Below, in pieces: positions 37,363 through 42,281 of a stretch of DNA of 64,000 nucleotides (position 1 is the stretch's first letter; each line of letters begins with the position of its first letter). The position numbers and the translations under genes are program-made. Source of the stretch: a virus; IMG/VR virus record IMGVR_UViG_3300041955_000884, positions 43,198 to 107,197 of that record. One strand, written 5' to 3'. The notes under the pieces were generated by a model. It searched no databases. It worked only from the letters and a program-made list of their open reading frames with translations, and was not told the DNA's origin.

Positions 37363-37467
37363 TGGTAGGCGATGACGGTGCCGACCCGTCTCGAACGCCG
37401 CCAGTGCGTAAGGGACCGTCGCCCCCTGGGCCGTCGCCCGCGTTCTGCCCAGCCGGGGCAATCGCCT
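37363..37467 (-). ncRNA. tRNA-like RNA with the anticodon loop replaced by a 41-nt branched domain
   Basis: Acceptor AGGCGAT/ATCGCCT-A-CCA, D arm and T arm intact, stem GAACGC/GCGTTC closing three hairpins. Confidence 0.75.
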
Positions 37468-37505
37468 GCCGAGTTTCTAGCACGTCACATCCGATACCGC
37501 AATAG

Positions 37506-37579
37506 TGGAAGCCGACCAAGGTGTCGAGCCTTGCCCGACGAGCTTCAGAGGCTCGCGTGCCCAGCCGGGGCGATCGGCC
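37506..37579 (-). tRNA. tRNA-Gln(CTG), compact fold
   Basis: GGCCGAT/GTCGGCT, 1-nt linker, loop CTCTGAA, CCA. Confidence 0.8.
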
Positions 37580-37582
37580 GAA

Positions 37583-37661
37583 TGGTGCTCCTGGCCGCGA
37601 TTCGAACGGGCGACCCCCGGGATACAAAGCCGGTGCTCTGGCCAGACTGAGCTACAGGAGC
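37583..37661 (-). tRNA. tRNA-Thr(TGT)
   Basis: GCTCCTG/CAGGAGC, canonical D arm, loop TTTGTAT, CCA. Confidence 0.9.
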
Positions 37662-37662
37662 T

Positions 37663-37739
37663 TGGGGTGACATGCCGGTACCGCCCCGGCCCAAACTGGG
37701 CTCACAACCCAGCGCAATCGCTTGCCTGCCCATGTCACC
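37663..37739 (-). tRNA. tRNA-His(GTG) with G-1:C73
   Basis: G-GTGACAT/ATGTCAC-C-CCA, loop TTGTGAG. Confidence 0.88.
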
Positions 37740-37751
37740 ATACGCAATCCA

Positions 37752-38130
37752 TCCCGTCGCATCTATGCTCGCCTCGGTGTTACCCGTGGCTAGCCGTATC
37801 GCACGGCGAACGGGAGCCGGGGCTACCGTCTGTTTCAACGGTGTCGCCGGAGAGGTTTCGAGCCGGCATCGCTATGCTACGGCGGCATCGAAGACGGCTT
37901 GCCGCCGGCGGAGGGGTTAATCCCGCGCATCACCACCCTGGGTCGGGCTCCGCAATCCCCTGATGACTTAGCCGCTTCGCCGCCGGTTCCATGCCCAGCG
38001 CCGCTCGAAAGCTCCCTGCGGGCTAGCCTCGGCGCGCATCCGAAGCCAAGCTGGGCCAGCCTTAGAACCACCGCAGCGCTGGCCCGTCGCCCGCGTGGAA
38101 GGCTTCGCGTCTGTCCGCGATGCCGCAGGA
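37752..38130 (-). ncRNA. Candidate ~380-nt structured RNA between tRNA-Cys and tRNA-His
   Basis: Ends pair (TCCTG-CG-GCATC / GATGC-GA-CGGGA); many hairpins; no credible ORF. Confidence 0.55.
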
Positions 38131-38133
38131 AGG

Positions 38134-38209
38134 TGGAGAAGCGCCACAGAGTCGAACTGCGTGATGCGGGGTTGCAATCCGCCACCCAAGGCCGTCGGGT
38201 TCGCGCTTC
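38134..38209 (-). tRNA. tRNA-Cys(GCA)
   Basis: U73, loop TTGCAAC, CCA. Confidence 0.88.
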
Positions 38210-38214
38210 AATCT

Positions 38215-38288
38215 TGGCAGGGGCGTGAGGAATTGGACCCCATCTAGCTGGGTTGGAGCCAGCCGTGCTGCCGTAACACTTCGCCCCC
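38215..38288 (-). tRNA. tRNA-Trp(CCA)
   Basis: G73, loop CTCCAAC, CCA. Confidence 0.88.
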
Positions 38289-38292
38289 AAGT

Positions 38293-38367
38293 TGGCTCCA
38301 GAGGCAGGACTTGAACCTGCAACCTCACGGTTAACGGCCGTTTGCTCAGCCATTGAGCTACTCTGGA
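38293..38367 (-). tRNA. tRNA-Asn(GTT), C33
   Basis: TCCAGAG/CTCTGGA, G73, loop CCGTTAA, CCA. Confidence 0.92.
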
Positions 38368-38486
38368 AAACTCGTCTGGCGCTCGGCCCTCTCGGGCCAG
38401 ACTTTCCGGGCTACCCACCAGCGCGTTGCCATGGCTCGCTGGCCTCTATCCGTTATGGACTCGGGGTGACCGAGTCACGCCATGCT

Positions 38487-38562
38487 TGGAGCGGGATGCC
38501 GGGGACGATCCGAGCTTCACTGGTTTGGAAGACCAGCACAGTTACCGAACTGCAAATCCCGC
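38487..38562 (-). tRNA. tRNA-Gly(TCC)
   Basis: GCGGGAT/ATCCCGC, U73, loop CTTCCAA, CCA. Confidence 0.87.
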
Positions 38563-39137
38563 GAAATGGTGCCAGCGCCTGGTTTCGCGCCAGGGTCTTC
38601 GCTTTTTCGGAGCGACGCTTCCACTAGGTTAGCTTCGCTGGCCATTGGCAGGGAAGTCCACGCCTTGCCGAGCTTGATGCGGCTTATCATGTCCTCCGTC
38701 ACGCGAAAACTTGTTGCTATCGAACGGCCAGTTCGGCCAGATGCCAGGAAGCGGCGAATCTCATGCACATCACGCTCCGACAGCTTAGCGTTTCCATTTG
38801 ACGCCCCCACGGAGGGCGGCAGGTTGCCCTTCGGGCGACGCCCCTTCCTGGCACTGTCCCGCATATTTTCGGCGTTCGTTCCGAGCCACAGGTGACGCGG
38901 ATTGCAGCAGGGCGGGTTGTCGCAAGAATGGCAGACGCAAAGGCCGCAGGTCGGTCCCTTCGCTATCTCGTAAGCGACGGCATGTGCCCGCCGAGAGCGG
39001 AGCGTTGGCCTGCTTTGCTTGAACCGACCGTACCCGTCATCGTCAATCTGGCGAGTCCACGGCCAGCACTCGTCAGGCCCGCGGATGTCAACCTTTGACC
39101 AAAAGCGCGCAATCGCCTTATCGTCGTGAATAGCCAT
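38517..39137 (-). CDS. HNH homing endonuclease with C-terminal HTH; the frame runs through tRNA-Phe
   Basis: RFWSKVD...ECWPW...CHSCDNPPCCNPRHLWLGTNAENMRD; SD GAGGAG. Confidence 0.88.
   Translation of the reverse strand: MAIHDDKAIARFWSKVDIRGPDECWPWTRQIDDDGYGRFKQSRPTLRSRRAHAVAYEIAKGPTCGLCVCHSCDNPPCCNPRHLWLGTNAENMRDSARKGRRPKGNLPPSVGASNGNAKLSERDVHEIRRFLASGRTGRSIATSFRVTEDMISRIKLGKAWTSLPMASEANLVEASLRKSEDPGAKPGAGTISRDLQFGNCAGLPNQ
38567..38642 (-). tRNA. tRNA-Phe(GAA), C33
   Basis: GCCAGCG/CGCTGGC, loop CCGAAAA, T-loop CGCGAAA, CCA. Confidence 0.87.
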
Positions 39138-39235
39138 ATCGGCCGTCTCCTCGGCTGGCGTGGTCAGGACCGCCGGGGCGTTCACAGCGCTCCGGCGGCC
39201 CGAGATTTCTAGTCGAAATGTCCAGCCGAAGCAAT

Positions 39236-39307
39236 TGGTTGCAGGGGAGCGAGTCGCACGCTCTGTGGAAAATTTATGAGACTTTCTGGCCTCTGAGGCT
39301 CCCTGCA
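39236..39307 (-). tRNA. tRNA-Met(CAT), compact fold
   Basis: TGCAGGG/CCCTGCA, 1-nt linker, 6-bp anticodon stem, loop CTCATAA, CCA. Confidence 0.75.
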
Positions 39308-39312
39308 ATAAC

Positions 39313-39386
39313 TGGTGGGCGCGCGACGAATCGGACGCCGGTCAAGCCTTTATGAGAGGCTCGCTCTTCCATTGAGCTACACGCCC
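39313..39386 (-). tRNA. tRNA with CAT anticodon (probably Ile2/lysidine; Met not excluded)
   Basis: GGGCGTG/CGCGCCC, loop CTCATAA, no initiator features, CCA. Confidence 0.82.
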
Positions 39387-39399
39387 GTCGCGTGGAATT

Positions 39400-39474
39400 T
39401 GGAGCTGACGCCCGGTACCGCCCCGGGTGATACTGATTGGCAACCAGTCCCGCAACCTTTCGCGGACCGCCAGC
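39400..39474 (-). tRNA. tRNA-Gly(GCC)
   Basis: U73, loop TTGCCAA, T-loop GGCGGTA, CCA. Confidence 0.83.
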
Positions 39475-39485
39475 TAAGACATGAA

Positions 39486-39531
39486 CGAATCTCGCCCGAC
39501 CTGGCGACGACACGGCCAGGTCGGGCATTCG
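39486..39531. other. Strong hairpin spacer between tRNA-Ala and tRNA-Gly
   Basis: Perfect 12-bp stem GCCCGACCTGGC/GCCAGGTCGGGC plus CGAAT/ATTCG. Confidence 0.6.
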
Positions 39532-39536
39532 TGAAA

Positions 39537-39611
39537 TGGTGGAGGCGCGGATAGTCGAAATCCGAGACAGCAATCTTGCAAGGATAGCCCGCTGGTCCGC
39601 AGCTCGCCCCC
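39537..39611 (-). tRNA. tRNA-Ala(TGC), compact fold; first tRNA of the array
   Basis: G3:U70, 1-nt linker, loop CTTGCAA, CCA. Confidence 0.83.
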
Positions 39612-39643
39612 GTCGGGCCGCTTGGCAGGCGGCCCGTAGTCAT

Positions 39644-39660
39644 GTGGACGTATTCACAGC
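39644..39660. repeat. Upstream arm of the inverted repeat bracketing the tRNA array
   Basis: GTGGACGTATTCACAGC, complementary to 33990..34006. Confidence 0.75.
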
Positions 39661-39663
39661 CTC

Positions 39664-39701
39664 AAAGAACAAAAGCCCCCGAGAGTTTCCTCCGGGGGCT
39701 T
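39664..39701 (-). terminator. Intrinsic terminator (attenuator) in front of the tRNA array
   Basis: AAGCCCCCG-GAG-GAAA-CTC-T-CGGGGGCTT followed by TTGTTCTTT. Confidence 0.88.
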
Positions 39702-39757
39702 GGTCGTGTACGCTTCCACAGTCAAAGCCAGAAGCGGTTACAAGGCCAAGCCCTCGG
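39692..39757 (-). promoter_or_regulatory. Antiterminator hairpin, mutually exclusive with the terminator
   Basis: CCGAGGGCTTGG (39757..39746) pairs 11/12 with CCAAGCCCCCGG (39703..39692); inner TGTA/TACA and CGCTTC/GAAGCG. Confidence 0.75.
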
Positions 39758-39860
39758 CGTTCGGCTGATGCGTCGCGGACTTCCCGCCCAAGCTACGCCG
39801 CACGGTGGGTTTTATGCCGCGTCGTTCGGCGTAGCCAGGAAAGGAGGTCCAGAGTGACAT
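39738..39860 (-). CDS. Putative 40-aa codon-sampling leader peptide MSLWTSFPGYAERRGIKPTVRRSLGGKSATHQPNAEGLAL
   Basis: ATG 7 nt after the -10 box; 31 distinct codons in 40; stop lies inside the antiterminator 5' arm. Confidence 0.75.
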   Translation of the reverse strand: MSLWTSFPGYAERRGIKPTVRRSLGGKSATHQPNAEGLAL

Positions 39861-39867
39861 CGCTGCC

Positions 39868-39897
39868 CTTATGCGGGCGGCGGCGGGGGCGTGTCAA
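39868..39897 (-). promoter_or_regulatory. Sigma70-like promoter of the tRNA operon
   Basis: TTGACA-N18-CATAAG. Confidence 0.65.
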
Positions 39898-40342
39898 GCC
39901 CTGAATCGCACCGGAGCGGCGCGTTCGCGATTTCGAGGAGGACGGTGGCGTGGCATGCTTGGTCCAGGCGGCACCAGCAGGCGAGGTCCTTGCCGCGAAG
40001 TTCGCGGCGCACATCATCAATGGTTGTCGCGTCCATGCTGGGAATTTTTCCTTTTGGCCATGGGAGCGCAACAGGAATCCACGCGCCTTCCTTGGCGAGC
40101 ATCGAGCGGAACGCAGCAACCGCCAGTTGGGCGTCCATTGGAAAGCGCTGCCCATTCTGCATGCGATCAGAATGAACGACGAACGGATTGCCCCACTTCG
40201 ATCCGCGTCCGACGTAGACGGCTCCCTCTGGCATCCGCCAGCCCTTCGTCCGGCGCCGCTGGATTCGCCGTGGAGCGAAGGCGCAGACGCGGGCCTCACG
40301 GCAGCGCGCTGGCCCTGGGCAGTAGTCGCATGCCTCGGTCAT
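39869..40342 (-). CDS. DUF4326-like protein
   Basis: RIQRRRTKGWRMPEGAVYVGRGSKWGNPF...LRGKDLACWC...CHA. Confidence 0.8.
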   Translation of the reverse strand: MTEACDYCPGPARCREARVCAFAPRRIQRRRTKGWRMPEGAVYVGRGSKWGNPFVVHSDRMQNGQRFPMDAQLAVAAFRSMLAKEGAWIPVALPWPKGKIPSMDATTIDDVRRELRGKDLACWCRLDQACHATVLLEIANAPLRCDSGLDTPPPPPA

Positions 40343-40941
40343 CAATCCGCCGCCTGGGCGAACAGCGGCGCGTCGCGACGCCGGAACACCGTGACGACCC
40401 GGAAGCGGTGGTTCGTGCTCTTCACCATGCCGATGACGGCTTCCATCTCGAAGGCGTCCTTGCGATACATCGGTAGCACTTGGTCGAGCCAGACGATGTG
40501 CGTTCCTGGCGCCAGCCGCCCCAAGGCGCTCATCACCGCATTTCGCTTCACCATCGTCGTCCGGTAGCGCTCGGCGTCCTCGACGGAGTAGGGCGGGTCG
40601 GCCAGAACAAGGTCGTAGCGCTCCAGTGGCACGCGCTCCAGCGTCTGGGCGTCGTCCACGAACGTCGGCGCCAGCTCCGCGTTCACGTCCACGGTATCGC
40701 CGGGCATCGCGGCAAGGTCCACGCGGCCAGAGAACAGGTGCAGGAGGCGCTCCTTGTCGGGGAACAGAGCCTTGATTCGTCGAAGATATCCGGCCGGATA
40801 GCCGCCGTAATAGGCCGACTTCACGCGGTAGTCGTTCCCCATAATCCAGGTGCCGACGACGCGGCCGTCCTCGCCGATAAACAGGCTCCGCGGAAAGCCC
40901 GTGGCGCGGACGTAGTTGTCGATGCGCTCCTGCCAGTTCAT
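40342..40941 (-). CDS. Adenine methyltransferase-like protein
   Basis: YYGGYP, LHLFSG, VLADPPY. Confidence 0.7.
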   Translation of the reverse strand: MNWQERIDNYVRATGFPRSLFIGEDGRVVGTWIMGNDYRVKSAYYGGYPAGYLRRIKALFPDKERLLHLFSGRVDLAAMPGDTVDVNAELAPTFVDDAQTLERVPLERYDLVLADPPYSVEDAERYRTTMVKRNAVMSALGRLAPGTHIVWLDQVLPMYRKDAFEMEAVIGMVKSTNHRFRVVTVFRRRDAPLFAQAAD

Positions 40942-40987
40942 GGCAGCACCGCCCTGCCAATGGTCTCCGAACGCGCCATGGGCGGCG

Positions 40988-41212
40988 TCAGCGCGGCCAG
41001 AGGCGGATTTGGTGTGGCGGGGCGTAGCATTCGCCGCCGACATCCAGCCTTACGCGCCAGCGCCTCCAGCCGAGGCCATATTCCTCGAAGGCGATGATCT
41101 CGCCGGCTTCGCCTGTCCACGGATGGGCGCCGACGATACAGACACGGTCGCCGGCCTTCATCCGGTTCTGCGGCGGGATGGCGACGAAATCGTTGGGCTT
41201 CTTCACGCTCAT
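40988..41212 (-). CDS. Small KOW/SH3-like protein
   Basis: GDRVCIVGAHPWTGEAGEI; leaderless promoter TTGCGC-N17-CAGGAT. Confidence 0.5.
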   Translation of the reverse strand: MSVKKPNDFVAIPPQNRMKAGDRVCIVGAHPWTGEAGEIIAFEEYGLGWRRWRVRLDVGGECYAPPHQIRLWPR

Positions 41213-41553
41213 GCCGCCATCCTGCCGCAACCGCGCCGCTGGCGCAATAGTCACCAGCCGCGAATCCAGCCCCGCACGGCGTCCACGACCCGCCCCAGCC
41301 GGCAGGACAACCTCCACGGGCATGGCCCCGCCGGCATGGCGTGCTCGACCTGCTCCGCCCAGGCGCCGATGCGGGCCGCGAGTTCGGACGCCGCCGCCGC
41401 CTGCTTCATCAGCCGCTGCTCCCGGAAGGCCACTGCCAGCGCACGCTGCTTCCCCACCTCGATTCGCATCTGGGCGGCGAGTTCGCGCGCGAGCCTGGGC
41501 TGCAATCCAAGCACGGGCCGAGTGTGCCCGAGCCGCCGCCGCCGCGCAACCGC

Positions 41554-42207
41554 TCAGTCGGCCGCGAGCTTCAGCGGGAGCTGGGCGGCGGCTTCGGCAA
41601 CCTTCCTTGCGGCCGTCTTCGCGCGCCTGCCGGCGAGCAGCGCCGCGTGCTGGCGCGCGCGCTTCTCCGGCGGGGACGCGGCCCACCTCGCCGTCTGCGC
41701 GGCGCTGCGTTTGGCCCTGAGCGCCGGGTCGGCGGAGGCGGCTCGCATATTGGCCCGCACCTGGTCGCTTACGGGACCCCGTTTTCCGCGCTTCCCGCGC
41801 ATTGCGGCCCTGTGTTTCTCGGTCTTCGGCTTGCCGGTGAGGGCAGCGCGAATCCTCTCCTTTCCGGCCTCCGGCATCTTAAAATCCAGAAGGCTTCCGG
41901 CCTTCGGCGCAAGATTGTAGCCGCGGTCGCGGTCGGCGGCACCGAGACGGTCAATCCATATCTGCTCGCGTTCCCTGAGCGTCGCCTTATCCTCGACGAC
42001 CTCTAGGATTTCCCAGATGAATGCCTCGGGGCCGTACATGTTCCAGGCGCTCTGGAGATGTACGTTGTGGTGTCGGCCGGCCTCGAGGTCCTTTCGGTGC
42101 TTCGACCTACGCACCGAATAGTTCACTCCGGAGCCGACGTAGAGCCGCCCCGTGACGACGTTCCTGATGACATAGACGGCGGGGACGCATACTCTCTGCT
42201 TAGCCAC
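41554..42207 (-). CDS. GIY-YIG homing endonuclease
   Basis: AVYVIRN...LYVGS...R...HLQSAWNMYG...EILE...REQIWI...GYNL; GTG start after GAGGAG. Confidence 0.88.
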   Translation of the reverse strand: MAKQRVCVPAVYVIRNVVTGRLYVGSGVNYSVRRSKHRKDLEAGRHHNVHLQSAWNMYGPEAFIWEILEVVEDKATLREREQIWIDRLGAADRDRGYNLAPKAGSLLDFKMPEAGKERIRAALTGKPKTEKHRAAMRGKRGKRGPVSDQVRANMRAASADPALRAKRSAAQTARWAASPPEKRARQHAALLAGRRAKTAARKVAEAAAQLPLKLAAD

Positions 42208-42281
42208 GGCAATTTCTCCTCGGTTGCCGGAGGTCAGGAGCGCGACGCCGCTGGAACGGCGTCGCGTTCCGCTTTTGTACC

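Noticed and set aside
37955-38015. CTGATGA...GAAA hammerhead-like core on the plus strand
   Set aside because: Stem II cannot close (C opposite C) and stems I and III are absent.
38395-38410. GGAAAGTC resembling the RNase P RNA P4 motif
   Set aside because: There is no matching 3' P4 strand, and the element is too short and bounded by tRNAs.
39537-39611. tmRNA (GGGGGCG start with G3:U70)
   Set aside because: It has a complete TGC anticodon arm and closes as a 75-nt tRNA-Ala; no tag reading frame is present.
33931-39904. Many ORF-track calls across the tRNA array
   Set aside because: They are shadows of GC-rich tRNA genes. Only the HNH genes and the leader ORF have motif or signal support.
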